Positions 33,049 to 44,116 of a stretch of 64,000 bases of DNA are shown in pieces. Where the stretch lies: the NCBI RefSeq assembly GCF_053078305.1, contig NZ_CP166879.1. One strand, given 5' to 3'. The stretch's first letter is position 1. Each line of letters starts with the position of its first letter. The notes beneath the pieces were generated by a model. The model did no database searches. It saw nothing but the letters and a program-made list of their open reading frames with translations, and was not told where the DNA came from. The translations under genes were made by a program, and so were the position numbers.

Positions 33049-35745
33049 TTATTGCCAGCCGTAACGACGGCTATAGAACCCTTTCACCAACTGGGTTAAT
33101 GTCATATACCCTGCCAGAATCGCAACCAGCCACGGGAAATAGCTTAACGGCAGCGCCTGTAATTGCAGATAACTGGCCAGCGGTGAAAACGGCAATGCGA
33201 TCCCGACAATCATCACGATCACGGTCATGATCATTAACGGCCACGATGCACAGCTCTGAATAAACGGCACACGGCGGGTGCGGATCATATGCACAATCAG
33301 CGTTTGCGACAGTAAGCCCACCACAAACCATCCCGACTGGAACAGCGTTTGCGTTTCCGGCGTGTTGGCATGGAATACCCACCACATCAGGCAAAACGTC
33401 AGAATATCGAAGATCGAGCTGATCGGTCCGAAGAAGATCATAAAGCGCCCCAGATCCGCCGGATTCCAACGCTGCGGCTTTTGAATTTGCTCGTCGTCGA
33501 CGTTATCAAACGGGATCGCCACCTGTGACACATCGTACAGCAGGTTCTGAATAAGCAAGTGTAACGGCAACATCGGCAGGAAGGGCAAGAAAGCACTCGC
33601 CACCAGCACGCTGAACACATTACCGAAGTTAGAGCTCGCCGTCATTTTGATGTATTTCAGCATGTTGGCGAAAGTGCGACGTCCCTCAATAACCCCCTCT
33701 TCCAGCACCATCAGGCTTTTTTCCAGCAGGATGATATCAGCCGCTTCACGGGCAATATCTACCGCGCCGTCCACAGAAATGCCGATATCCGCAGCGCGTA
33801 AGGCGGGCGCATCATTAATACCATCGCCCATAAAGCCAACCACATGCCCTTCGCGCTTCAGTAAGGTCACAATGCGTTCTTTATGCATCGGCGTCAGGCG
33901 GGCAAACAGCGTGGTGCGCTGTGCAAGATTTGCCAGTTCGTCGTCAGATAGCGTTTCAATATCACTACCAATGACCACCTCTCCCGCGTCCAGCCCCACT
34001 TCATGGCACACTTTCGCTGCAACTAACTCACTGTCGCCAGTAAGGATTTTTACGGTAATTCCACTCGCTTTTAATGCCTTCAGTGCCGGAGCGGTTGTCT
34101 CTTTTGGCGGATCAAGGAAAGCAATATATCCTTCGAGGATCAGGTCGGATTCATCCGCCCGCTGGTAATCTCCTTCACGCGCTGGCAGGTATTTCGTCGC
34201 CACCGCAACCACGCGCAGCCCCTGACGATTCAGCGTATCAGTAACCCGCTTAATCTTACGCAGCATGATGTCATCGAGCGGCACAATCTCGCCATTGTGA
34301 CGCACCTGCGAACACACATTGAGGATTTCCTGCAATGCACCTTTGCAAACCAGCTGATGGTGCTCGGTATTTTCTGCCACTACCACCGACATCCGGCGAC
34401 GCTCGAAATCAAACGGAATCTCATCGATTTTTTGCCAACGACTGGCCAGCGAGCGCGCTGACTCTTCATCCGTACCTTCGAGCACCGCTGTATCGAGCAG
34501 GTTTTTAAGTCCGGTCTGATAATGACTGTTCAACCACGCGCTATGCAGCACGCGTTCGCTGGTTTTACCGGAGATATCGGTATGATTCTCCAGCACAATT
34601 TTATCCTGCGTCAGGGTGCCGGTTTTATCAGTGCACAGAATATCCATTGCGCCAAAGTTCTGAATAGCATCCAGATGTTTGACGATCACTTTCTGTTTCG
34701 ACAGCTTTACTGCGCCGCGCGCCAGCGTCGAGGTAACAATCATCGGCAACATTTCCGGCGTTAGGCCTACCGCGACCGAAAGCGCAAACAGCGCCGCTTC
34801 CCACCAGTCGCCTTTGGTGTAACCATTGATTAACAGCACCACCGGTGCCATCACCAGCATAAAGCGAATCAGCAGCATACTGACGCGGCTGATCCCTTGC
34901 TGAAAGGCATTCGGCTCGCTTTCCTGCTCACTAACACGCCCCGCCAGTTGACCAAACCAGGTATTGGCACCTGTAGCAATCACCATTGCTTGTGCCGTGC
35001 CGCTCACCACGGTGGTGCCCATAAAACACAGCGTGTCGCACTCCAGCGGATTGCTGTGCTCCGGCTGGCGAGTGGTAGCGGCTTTTTCTACGGGCAGAGA
35101 CTCACCGGTTAACGACGCCTGAGCGACGAACAGATCCCGCGCCTGCAAGATACGTAAATCTGCCGGGATCATATCTCCCGCCGCCAGTTTTATAATATCG
35201 CCGGGCACCAGCTGGTCGATCGGGATCTCCAGCCAGCCATTTTCGCCTTTGTCGTTAATTACGCGCAGCACCGTCGCGGTATTGCTGACCATCGCTTTCA
35301 GGGCATCTGCCGCTTTAGTGGAACGTGCTTCCTGAATAAAGTTCAGCAACGTTGAAATAGCGACCATTAGCGCGATAACGCCCGCAGCAAATAAATCTTC
35401 CGTGGCGTAAGAAATAGCGCCGAGAATGGTGAGTAAAATATTAAAGGGGTTGCGATAGCAGGCCCATAAATGTACCCACCACGGCGACGGTTGTTGTGCG
35501 GGTAATTTATTTTCACCATGTTGTTCGCGGGCAGATTCCACTTCCGCCTGATTTAACCCTTCCGGATGGGTGTCGAACGTTTTCCACAATTCTTCTTCGG
35601 GCATCACCGCCATTTTCAGGCAATGCGCACTTAAGGACGGCGGGACCACCGTATTCACTGTCTGCTGCGCGCCAGGCAATGGATCACGATGAACCAGACG
35701 GGAAGGTAAATGGCGAGTGAGCCGGGTAAAAATTTCTTTAAACAT
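33049..35745 (-). CDS. mgtA: magnesium-transporting P-type ATPase
   Basis: 898 aa with DKTGTLT phosphorylation and GDGINDAPAL motifs. Confidence 0.97.
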   Translation of the reverse strand: MFKEIFTRLTRHLPSRLVHRDPLPGAQQTVNTVVPPSLSAHCLKMAVMPEEELWKTFDTHPEGLNQAEVESAREQHGENKLPAQQPSPWWVHLWACYRNPFNILLTILGAISYATEDLFAAGVIALMVAISTLLNFIQEARSTKAADALKAMVSNTATVLRVINDKGENGWLEIPIDQLVPGDIIKLAAGDMIPADLRILQARDLFVAQASLTGESLPVEKAATTRQPEHSNPLECDTLCFMGTTVVSGTAQAMVIATGANTWFGQLAGRVSEQESEPNAFQQGISRVSMLLIRFMLVMAPVVLLINGYTKGDWWEAALFALSVAVGLTPEMLPMIVTSTLARGAVKLSKQKVIVKHLDAIQNFGAMDILCTDKTGTLTQDKIVLENHTDISGKTSERVLHSAWLNSHYQTGLKNLLDTAVLEGTDEESARSLASRWQKIDEIPFDFERRRMSVVVAENTEHHQLVCKGALQEILNVCSQVRHNGEIVPLDDIMLRKIKRVTDTLNRQGLRVVAVATKYLPAREGDYQRADESDLILEGYIAFLDPPKETTAPALKALKASGITVKILTGDSELVAAKVCHEVGLDAGEVVIGSDIETLSDDELANLAQRTTLFARLTPMHKERIVTLLKREGHVVGFMGDGINDAPALRAADIGISVDGAVDIAREAADIILLEKSLMVLEEGVIEGRRTFANMLKYIKMTASSNFGNVFSVLVASAFLPFLPMLPLHLLIQNLLYDVSQVAIPFDNVDDEQIQKPQRWNPADLGRFMIFFGPISSIFDILTFCLMWWVFHANTPETQTLFQSGWFVVGLLSQTLIVHMIRTRRVPFIQSCASWPLMIMTVIVMIVGIALPFSPLASYLQLQALPLSYFPWLVAILAGYMTLTQLVKGFYSRRYGWQ

Positions 35746-35885
35746 AAGGAGTCCCTCCGCACTGTCTGAAACAGTACAGAAATGTCTTCAGGCGTGGCGA
35801 AGCCTTACCTGAAGGTAATAAAGCTGAGCAGGGACGTTAAAACGTCACGGCCTTACGCATCCGGTAACGCCGTGAAAAGACGGGC
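35746..35885 (-). promoter_or_regulatory. mgtA leader RNA between mgtL and mgtA (Mg2+/proline-responsive)
   Basis: Position between the proline-rich leader ORF and mgtA; role from established knowledge. Confidence 0.6.
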
Positions 35886-35939
35886 TTACCGGAAAAGTTT
35901 TAATCTCCGTCGAGGGAGAGGCGTGGGATCAGGTTCCAT
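35886..35939 (-). CDS. mgtL: mgtA leader peptide
   Basis: Minus-strand translation from ATG at 35939 gives [17 protein letters not shown] followed by a stop. Confidence 0.85.
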
Positions 35940-36123
35940 ATAACCTCCGGTAAGTGAAAAAAGCGCCGCAAATAATAAGGAGAATCCAATAATATTCGTA
36001 GCATCTATGGCGATATAATACCTGCTGGCAACTAAACCAACGATAAACCAGACTTTACCCATTGCTGAATGCATGGGTAAAGTTAGGCTCAAATAATTAA
36101 ACAACACGTTACGGGACAACAGG

Positions 36124-37071
36124 ATGCAAAATCGGCTGACCATCAAAGACATCGCGCGCTTAAGCGGCGTGGGGAAATCTACAGTTTCCCGGGTGCTGAA
36201 TAACGAAAGCGGCGTGAGCCAGCGTACGCGCGAGCGTGTTGAAGCAGTGATGAATCAGCATGGATTTTCCCCTTCCCGCTCTGCGCGCGCTATGCGTGGG
36301 CAAAGCGATAAAGTGGTCGCCATCATTGTTACCCGTCTGGATTCGTTGTCAGAAAATCTCGCCGTTCAAACCATGCTGCCAGCGTTCTATGAACAAGGTT
36401 ACGACCCAATCATGATGGAAAGTCAGTTTTCCCCGCAATTAGTTGCCGAACATTTGGGGGTGCTGAAACGGCGTAATATCGACGGCGTAGTGCTGTTCGG
36501 TTTTACTGGCATAACAGAAGAAATGTTAGCCCACTGGCAGTCATCGCTGGTTCTGCTGGCGCGTGACGCAAAAGGCTTTGCTTCGGTCTGTTATGACGAC
36601 GAAGGGGCAATCAAGATCCTGATGCAACGGCTGTATGACCAGGGGCATCGTAATATCAGTTATCTCGGCGTGCCGCACAGTGACGTGACAACCGGTAAGC
36701 GACGTCACGAAGCCTACCTGGCGTTCTGCAAAGCGCATAAACTGCATCCCGTTGCCGCTCTGCCAGGCCTTGCTATGAAGCAAGGCTATGAGAACGTAGC
36801 AAAAGTGATTACGCCTGAAACTACCGCCTTACTGTGCGCAACCGACACGCTGGCACTTGGCGCAAGTAAATACCTGCAAGAGCAACGCATCGACACCTTG
36901 CAACTGGCAAGCGTCGGTAATACGCCGTTAATGAAATTCCTCCATCCGGAGATCGTCACCGTAGATCCCGGTTACGCCGAAGCTGGACGCCAGGCGGCCT
37001 GCCAGTTGATCGCACAGGTAACCGGACGCAGCGAACCGCAACAAATCATCATCCCCGCCACCCTGTCCTGA
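36124..37071 (+). CDS. treR: trehalose operon repressor (LacI family)
   Basis: 315 aa with N-terminal helix-turn-helix. Confidence 0.95.
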   Translation: MQNRLTIKDIARLSGVGKSTVSRVLNNESGVSQRTRERVEAVMNQHGFSPSRSARAMRGQSDKVVAIIVTRLDSLSENLAVQTMLPAFYEQGYDPIMMESQFSPQLVAEHLGVLKRRNIDGVVLFGFTGITEEMLAHWQSSLVLLARDAKGFASVCYDDEGAIKILMQRLYDQGHRNISYLGVPHSDVTTGKRRHEAYLAFCKAHKLHPVAALPGLAMKQGYENVAKVITPETTALLCATDTLALGASKYLQEQRIDTLQLASVGNTPLMKFLHPEIVTVDPGYAEAGRQAACQLIAQVTGRSEPQQIIIPATLS

Positions 37072-37189
37072 TCGTTTCCTGAACGATAAATTGTGATCTT
37101 CGCTGCGTTTCGGGAACGTTCCCGTTTTTAAATTTTTCCGCGCAATATATTCTGCAGCCAACCAAAAATGTCATCTGCCATGGGGCTTT

Positions 37190-38611
37190 ATGATGAGCAA
37201 AATAAACCAAACGGATATCGATCGGTTGATTGAACTGGTCGGCGGGCGCGGCAATATTGCGACGGTGAGCCACTGTATTACTCGCCTGCGCTTTGTCCTC
37301 AACCAACCGGCCAATGCCAGACCGAAAGAAATTGAGCAACTCCCCATGGTGAAAGGCTGTTTCACCAATGCCGGGCAATTTCAGGTGGTGATTGGCACCA
37401 ACGTGGGTGATTACTATCAAGCACTGATAGCGTCAACCGGACAGGCGCAAGTTGATAAAGAGCAGGTAAAAAAAGCCGCCCGGCAGAATATGAAATGGCA
37501 TGAGCAGTTGATCTCTCATTTCGCGGAGATCTTCTTCCCGTTGCTGCCCGCGTTGATTAGCGGCGGTTTGATCCTCGGTTTTCGCAATGTGATCGGCGAT
37601 TTGCCCATGAGCAACGGTCAAACGCTGGCGCAAATGTACCCTTCCCTGCAAACGATCTACGATTTTCTGTGGTTGATCGGTGAAGCGATCTTCTTCTACC
37701 TGCCGGTCGGGATTTGCTGGTCAGCGGTGAAAAAAATGGGCGGCACGCCGATCCTTGGTATCGTGCTTGGCGTGACACTGGTTTCCCCCCAGCTGATGAA
37801 CGCTTATCTGCTCGGGCAGCAGCTGCCGGAAGTGTGGGACTTTGGCATGTTCAGCATCGCCAAAGTGGGCTATCAGGCGCAGGTGATCCCGGCACTATTA
37901 GCCGGGCTGGCGCTGGGCGTTATTGAAACTCGCCTTAAACGCATCGTGCCGGATTACCTCTATCTGGTGGTGGTGCCCGTCTGTTCGCTGATCCTCGCGG
38001 TGTTCCTCGCCCATGCGCTGATTGGTCCGTTTGGTCGCATGATTGGCGATGGCGTTGCCTTTGCGGTACGTCACCTGATGACCGGCAGCTTTGCTCCGAT
38101 TGGCGCAGCATTGTTTGGCTTCCTGTACGCCCCGCTGGTGATCACCGGCGTACACCAGACCACGCTTGCTATTGATTTGCAGATGATTCAAAGCATGGGT
38201 GGCACGCCAGTGTGGCCGCTGATTGCGCTGTCGAATATCGCTCAGGGCTCCGCCGTGATAGGCATTATCATTTCCAGCCGCAAGCACAATGAACGCGAGA
38301 TCTCCGTGCCTGCGGCGATCTCCGCCTGGCTTGGGGTCACTGAGCCTGCAATGTACGGCATCAACCTGAAATATCGCTTCCCGATGCTGTGCGCGATGAT
38401 TGGTTCTGGTCTGGCAGGATTGCTATGCGGCCTGAACGGCGTTATGGCTAATGGCATCGGCGTAGGCGGCCTGCCGGGAATTCTCTCGATTCAACCGAGC
38501 TACTGGCAGGTGTTTGCGCTGGCAATGGCTATCGCCATCATCATCCCGATTGTACTCACCTCGTTTATCTATCAGCGGAAATACCGCCTGGGCACGCTGG
38601 ACATTGTTTAA
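37190..38611 (+). CDS. treB: PTS trehalose-specific EIIBC component
   Basis: 473 aa; EIIB cysteine motif near N-terminus then membrane domain. Confidence 0.95.
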   Translation: MMSKINQTDIDRLIELVGGRGNIATVSHCITRLRFVLNQPANARPKEIEQLPMVKGCFTNAGQFQVVIGTNVGDYYQALIASTGQAQVDKEQVKKAARQNMKWHEQLISHFAEIFFPLLPALISGGLILGFRNVIGDLPMSNGQTLAQMYPSLQTIYDFLWLIGEAIFFYLPVGICWSAVKKMGGTPILGIVLGVTLVSPQLMNAYLLGQQLPEVWDFGMFSIAKVGYQAQVIPALLAGLALGVIETRLKRIVPDYLYLVVVPVCSLILAVFLAHALIGPFGRMIGDGVAFAVRHLMTGSFAPIGAALFGFLYAPLVITGVHQTTLAIDLQMIQSMGGTPVWPLIALSNIAQGSAVIGIIISSRKHNEREISVPAAISAWLGVTEPAMYGINLKYRFPMLCAMIGSGLAGLLCGLNGVMANGIGVGGLPGILSIQPSYWQVFALAMAIAIIIPIVLTSFIYQRKYRLGTLDIV

Positions 38612-38660
38612 TTTTCTTCGGGGCGCAATTGCGCCCCCTCGCATTTGCAGGAATAACGTA

Positions 38661-40316
38661 ATGACTAATCTTCCCCACTGGTGGCAAAACGGCGTTATCT
38701 ACCAGATTTATCCAAAGAGTTTTCAGGACACCACGGGTAGCGGCACCGGCGATTTACGTGGCGTTATCCAACGCCTGGACTATCTGCATAAACTGGGCGT
38801 TGATGCCATCTGGCTAACCCCCTTTTATGTCTCTCCCCAGGTCGATAACGGTTACGACGTAGCGAACTATACGGCGATTGATCCCACCTACGGCACGCTG
38901 GACGATTTTGACGAACTGGTGACGCAGGCAAAATCGCGCGGGATTCGTATCATTCTCGATATGGTGTTTAACCATACCTCTACCCAACATGCCTGGTTTC
39001 GCGAGGCGCTGAACAAAGAAAGCCCTTACCGCCAGTTTTATATCTGGCGCGATGGCGAACCAGAAACGCCACCGAACAACTGGCGTTCAAAATTTGGCGG
39101 TAGTGCGTGGCGCTGGCATGCGGAAAGCGAACAGTACTATTTGCATCTCTTTGCACCAGAACAGGCGGATCTCAACTGGGAGAATCCAGCGGTACGCGCA
39201 GAGCTGAAAAAAGTCTGTGAGTTCTGGGCCGATCGTGGGGTCGACGGGTTGCGCCTGGATGTGGTGAATCTGATCTCCAAAGACCCGCGTTTCCCTGATG
39301 ACCTGGATGGCGACGGGCGTCGCTTCTACACCGACGGGCCACGAGCACACGAGTTTTTGCACGAGATGAACCGCGATGTGTTTACGCCACGCGGGTTAAT
39401 GACCGTAGGTGAAATGTCCTCCACCAGTCTTGAGCATTGCCAGCGATACGCGGCACTGACAGGCAGTGAATTATCGATGACCTTTAATTTTCATCACCTG
39501 AAGGTCGATTATCCCGGTGGTGAAAAATGGACGCTGGCTAAACCTGACTTTGTGGCGTTGAAAACATTGTTCCGCCACTGGCAACAAGGAATGCACAACG
39601 TAGCATGGAATGCCTTGTTCTGGTGTAACCACGATCAGCCGCGCATTGTTTCTCGCTTTGGTGATGAAGGTGAATACCGCGTGCCTGCGGCAAAAATGCT
39701 GGCGATGGTGCTGCATGGCATGCAGGGAACGCCGTATATCTACCAGGGCGAAGAGATTGGCATGACTAACCCGCATTTCACGCGCATTACTGACTATCGC
39801 GACGTAGAGAGCCTCAATATGTTTGCCGAGCTGCGCAACGATGGGCGTGATGCCGACGAGTTATTGGCAATCCTCGCCAGTAAATCCCGTGACAACAGCC
39901 GCACGCCCATGCAATGGAGCAACGGCGATAATGCCGGGTTTACGGCTGGCGAACCGTGGATTGGCCTGGGCGATAACTATCAACAAATCAACGTAGAAGC
40001 CGCGTTGGCCGATGATTCCTCGGTGTTTTACACCTACCAAAAGTTAATCGCACTGCGTAAGCAGGAAGCCGTTCTGACATGGGGCAATTACCAGGATCTG
40101 CTGCCAAACAGCCCTGTATTGTGGTGCTATCGCCGTGAATGGAAGGGGCAAACCTTGCTGGTCATTGCCAATCTTAGCCGTGAGATTCAACCCTGGCAGC
40201 CAGAGCAAATGCGCGGCAACTGGCAGCTTGTGATGCATAACTACGAAGAAGCCTCACCACAACCCTGTGCCATGACTTTACGGCCTTTTGAGGCTGTCTG
40301 GTGGTTACAGAAGTAA
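38661..40316 (+). CDS. treC: trehalose-6-phosphate hydrolase (GH13)
   Basis: 551 aa from MTNLPHWWQNGVIYQIYPKSF; track ORF has a spurious 49-codon N-terminal extension overlapping treB. Confidence 0.95.
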   Translation: MTNLPHWWQNGVIYQIYPKSFQDTTGSGTGDLRGVIQRLDYLHKLGVDAIWLTPFYVSPQVDNGYDVANYTAIDPTYGTLDDFDELVTQAKSRGIRIILDMVFNHTSTQHAWFREALNKESPYRQFYIWRDGEPETPPNNWRSKFGGSAWRWHAESEQYYLHLFAPEQADLNWENPAVRAELKKVCEFWADRGVDGLRLDVVNLISKDPRFPDDLDGDGRRFYTDGPRAHEFLHEMNRDVFTPRGLMTVGEMSSTSLEHCQRYAALTGSELSMTFNFHHLKVDYPGGEKWTLAKPDFVALKTLFRHWQQGMHNVAWNALFWCNHDQPRIVSRFGDEGEYRVPAAKMLAMVLHGMQGTPYIYQGEEIGMTNPHFTRITDYRDVESLNMFAELRNDGRDADELLAILASKSRDNSRTPMQWSNGDNAGFTAGEPWIGLGDNYQQINVEAALADDSSVFYTYQKLIALRKQEAVLTWGNYQDLLPNSPVLWCYRREWKGQTLLVIANLSREIQPWQPEQMRGNWQLVMHNYEEASPQPCAMTLRPFEAVWWLQK

Positions 40317-40328
40317 ATCTTCCCTAAG

Positions 40329-40358
40329 CCCCGGTAATGCCGGTCATTCCGGGGTTTT
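40329..40358 (+). terminator. rho-independent terminator after treC
   Basis: ccccgg...ccgggg hairpin followed by TTTTG. Confidence 0.75.
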
Positions 40359-40498
40359 GTCTGTCAGCATGTTGTTTTTGTTGATTTTTCAACCAGCAAA
40401 TTCATTAAAAAATTTACATATCGCTGTAGCGCCCGTCATCCGTACGCTCTGCTTTTTACTTTGAGCTACATCAAAAAAAGTTCAAACATCCTTGATGC

Positions 40499-40550
40499 AA
40501 AGCACTATATATAGACTTTAAAATGCGTCCCAACCCAATATGTTGTATTA
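40499..40550. promoter_or_regulatory. putative NrdR boxes in the nrdD promoter
   Basis: gcactatatatag and caatatgttgtatta resemble NrdR-box palindromes; by resemblance only. Confidence 0.4.
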
Positions 40551-40709
40551 ATCGACTATAATTGCTACTACAGCTCCCCACGAAAAAGGTGCGGCGTTGT
40601 GGATAAGCGGATGGCGATTGCGGAAAGCACCGGAAAACGAAACGAAAAAACCGGAAAACGCCTTTCCCAATTTCTGTGGATAACCTGTTCTTAAAAATAT
40701 GGAGCGATC

Positions 40710-42848
40710 ATGACACCGCATGTGATGAAACGAGACGGCTGCAAAGTGCCGTTTAAATCAGAGCGCATCAAAGAAGCGATTCTGCGTGCAGCTAAAGCAG
40801 CGGAAGTCGATGATGCCGATTATTGCGCCACTGTTGCTGCAGTTGTCAGCGAGCAGATGCAGGGCCGCAACCAGGTGGATATCAATGAGATCCAGACCGC
40901 TGTTGAAAACCAGCTGATGTCAGGTCCATACAAACAACTGGCTCGTGCTTACATCGAGTACCGTCACGATCGCGACATTGAACGTGAAAAACGCGGTCGC
41001 CTGAACCAGGAGATCCGTGGTCTGGTCGAGCAGACCAACGCCTCGTTACTCAACGAAAACGCCAACAAAGACAGCAAGGTGATTCCAACCCAGCGCGACC
41101 TGCTGGCCGGGATCGTGGCTAAACACTATGCACGTCAGCACCTGCTGCCGCGTGACGTGGTGCAGGCACATGAGCGTGGCGATATTCACTATCACGATCT
41201 CGATTACTCACCGTTTTTCCCGATGTTCAACTGCATGTTGATCGACCTGAAAGGCATGCTGACCCAGGGCTTTAAAATGGGGAACGCCGAGATTGAACCG
41301 CCGAAGTCGATCTCTACGGCAACCGCGGTAACTGCGCAGATTATTGCTCAGGTCGCCAGCCATATTTATGGCGGCACCACCATTAACCGTATCGATGAAG
41401 TGCTGGCACCGTTTGTCACCGCCAGCTACAACAAACATCGCAAGACCGCAGAAGAGTGGAACATCCCGGACGCCGAAGGCTACGCTAACTCTCGTACCAT
41501 TAAAGAGTGCTACGATGCCTTCCAGTCGCTGGAGTACGAAGTAAACACCCTGCACACCGCCAACGGTCAGACGCCGTTTGTAACCTTTGGTTTTGGTCTG
41601 GGCACCAGCTGGGAGTCGCGCCTGATTCAGGAATCTATCCTGCGTAACCGTATCGCAGGCCTCGGTAAAAACCGTAAAACTGCGGTGTTCCCGAAACTGG
41701 TGTTTGCGATTCGCGATGGCCAGAACCATAAAAAAGGCGATCCGAACTACGACATCAAACAGCTGGCGCTGGAGTGCGCAAGCAAGCGCATGTATCCGGA
41801 TATCCTGAACTACGATCAGGTAGTGAAAGTCACCGGTTCGTTTAAAACTCCGATGGGCTGCCGCAGCTTCCTCGGCGTGTGGGAAAATGAAAACGGCGAG
41901 CAGATCCACGATGGTCGTAACAACCTCGGCGTGATCAGCCTGAACCTGCCGCGTATTGCTCTGGAAGCAAAAGGCGATGAAGCCACCTTCTGGAAGCTGC
42001 TGGATGAACGTCTGGTGCTGGCACGTAAGGCGCTGATGACCCGTATCGCTCGTCTCGAAGGCGTGAAAGCGCGCGTGGCCCCGATCCTCTATATGGAAGG
42101 TGCTTGTGGCGTGCGTCTCAATGCTGACGATGATGTTTCTGAAATCTTCAAAAACGGTCGTGCGTCTATTTCGCTGGGTTACATCGGCATCCACGAAACC
42201 ATTAACGCGCTGTTCGGCGGCGAGCATGTTTACGACAACGAGCAGCTTCGCGCGAAAGGTATCGCCATTGTTGAACGTCTGCGTCAGGCAGTGGATCAGT
42301 GGAAAGAAGAAACGGGTTATGGTTTCAGTCTCTACAGCACGCCGAGTGAAAACCTGTGCGATCGCTTCTGCCGTCTCGATACTGCTGAGTTTGGCGTGGT
42401 GCCGGGCGTGACCGATAAAGGTTACTACACCAACAGTTTCCACCTCGATGTGGAGAAGAAGGTGAACCCGTACGACAAGATCGACTTTGAAGCACCTTAC
42501 CCGCCGCTGGCGAACGGTGGTTTCATTTGCTACGGCGAGTATCCAAACATTCAGCACAACCTGAAGGCGCTGGAAGATGTCTGGGATTACAGCTATCAGC
42601 ATGTACCGTATTACGGCACCAATACACCGATTGATGAGTGCTACGAGTGTGGCTTTACCGGTGAGTTCGAGTGCACCAGCAAAGGCTTCACTTGCCCGAA
42701 ATGTGGTAACCATGACGCCTCCCGTGTGTCGGTAACTCGCCGCGTGTGCGGATATTTAGGTAGCCCGGATGCACGTCCGTTTAACGCTGGTAAGCAGGAA
42801 GAAGTTAAGCGCCGCGTTAAACATTTGGGAAATGGGCAGATAGGTTGA
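40710..42848 (+). CDS. nrdD: anaerobic ribonucleoside-triphosphate reductase
   Basis: 712 aa with C-terminal glycyl-radical region and zinc-ribbon cysteines. Confidence 0.97.
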   Translation: MTPHVMKRDGCKVPFKSERIKEAILRAAKAAEVDDADYCATVAAVVSEQMQGRNQVDINEIQTAVENQLMSGPYKQLARAYIEYRHDRDIEREKRGRLNQEIRGLVEQTNASLLNENANKDSKVIPTQRDLLAGIVAKHYARQHLLPRDVVQAHERGDIHYHDLDYSPFFPMFNCMLIDLKGMLTQGFKMGNAEIEPPKSISTATAVTAQIIAQVASHIYGGTTINRIDEVLAPFVTASYNKHRKTAEEWNIPDAEGYANSRTIKECYDAFQSLEYEVNTLHTANGQTPFVTFGFGLGTSWESRLIQESILRNRIAGLGKNRKTAVFPKLVFAIRDGQNHKKGDPNYDIKQLALECASKRMYPDILNYDQVVKVTGSFKTPMGCRSFLGVWENENGEQIHDGRNNLGVISLNLPRIALEAKGDEATFWKLLDERLVLARKALMTRIARLEGVKARVAPILYMEGACGVRLNADDDVSEIFKNGRASISLGYIGIHETINALFGGEHVYDNEQLRAKGIAIVERLRQAVDQWKEETGYGFSLYSTPSENLCDRFCRLDTAEFGVVPGVTDKGYYTNSFHLDVEKKVNPYDKIDFEAPYPPLANGGFICYGEYPNIQHNLKALEDVWDYSYQHVPYYGTNTPIDECYECGFTGEFECTSKGFTCPKCGNHDASRVSVTRRVCGYLGSPDARPFNAGKQEEVKRRVKHLGNGQIG

Positions 42849-42859
42849 TCTGCACTAAG

Positions 42860-43010
<151 letters not shown>

Positions 43011-43037
43011 ACGCGGACTGATAAGCCAGGCGAAATA

Positions 43038-43502
43038 ATGAATTATCATCAGTACTATCCTGTCGACATCGTCAACGGCCCCGGCACTCGTTGCACCCTG
43101 TTTGTCTCCGGGTGTGTTCATGAATGCCCCGGTTGCTATAACAAAAGCACATGGCGGGTAAATTCCGGTCAGCCATTTACCAAAGCAATGGAAGACCAGA
43201 TCATTAACGATCTGAATGACACTCGTATCAAACGCCAGGGTATTTCCCTCTCCGGCGGCGATCCGCTGCATCCGCAAAACGTGCCGGATATTCTGAAACT
43301 GGTACAACGCATCCGCGCCGAGTGTCCGGGTAAAGACATCTGGGTGTGGACAGGCTATAAACTCGACGAACTCAACGCTGCGCAAATGCAGGTTGTTGAT
43401 TTGATTAACGTGCTGGTCGACGGCAAATTTGTGCAGGATTTAAAAGACCCTTCCCTGATCTGGCGCGGCAGCAGCAATCAGGTGGTGCATCATTTGCGAT
43501 GA
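43038..43502 (+). CDS. nrdG: anaerobic ribonucleotide reductase activating protein (radical SAM)
   Basis: 154 aa from MNYHQYYPVD; radical-SAM cysteine cluster near N-terminus. Confidence 0.95.
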   Translation: MNYHQYYPVDIVNGPGTRCTLFVSGCVHECPGCYNKSTWRVNSGQPFTKAMEDQIINDLNDTRIKRQGISLSGGDPLHPQNVPDILKLVQRIRAECPGKDIWVWTGYKLDELNAAQMQVVDLINVLVDGKFVQDLKDPSLIWRGSSNQVVHHLR

Positions 43503-43546
43503 TAAGTTCCCTGTTACCTGAGTGCAGGCAACAGGGAAATGAGGAA

Positions 43547-43936
<390 letters not shown>

Positions 43937-44116
43937 TCACTTCCTTTTTTATTTACACTTCATCCTTCACACTGCCTCATCGACGACTACGCTCATTCGA
44001 CCGGGTCACGTACTGCGAGTACGCTCCCCGGCCCTCATTCACTTTCCGTCTCGATGCAGTGCGAATGATTTTGTGTAATTTTTTAGTTTATAGCGCGGCA
44101 GGTCGCGCCAGTTTTT

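Noticed and set aside
33647-34168. 173-aa antisense ORF inside mgtA
   Set aside because: mgtA occupies the opposite strand with conserved P-type ATPase motifs.
38514-38660. N-terminal 49-codon extension of treC overlapping treB
   Set aside because: The conserved TreC N-terminus begins at MTNLPHWW (ATG 38661); the extension overlaps the treB 3' end.
40490-40515. Possible FNR site (TTGAT...ATCAA) in the nrdD promoter
   Set aside because: I could not find a convincing match to the FNR consensus by eye; only NrdR-like boxes are reported, at low confidence.
41208-42713. 501-aa antisense ORF inside nrdD
   Set aside because: The opposite strand encodes full-length NrdD; the antisense product has low-complexity artefact composition.
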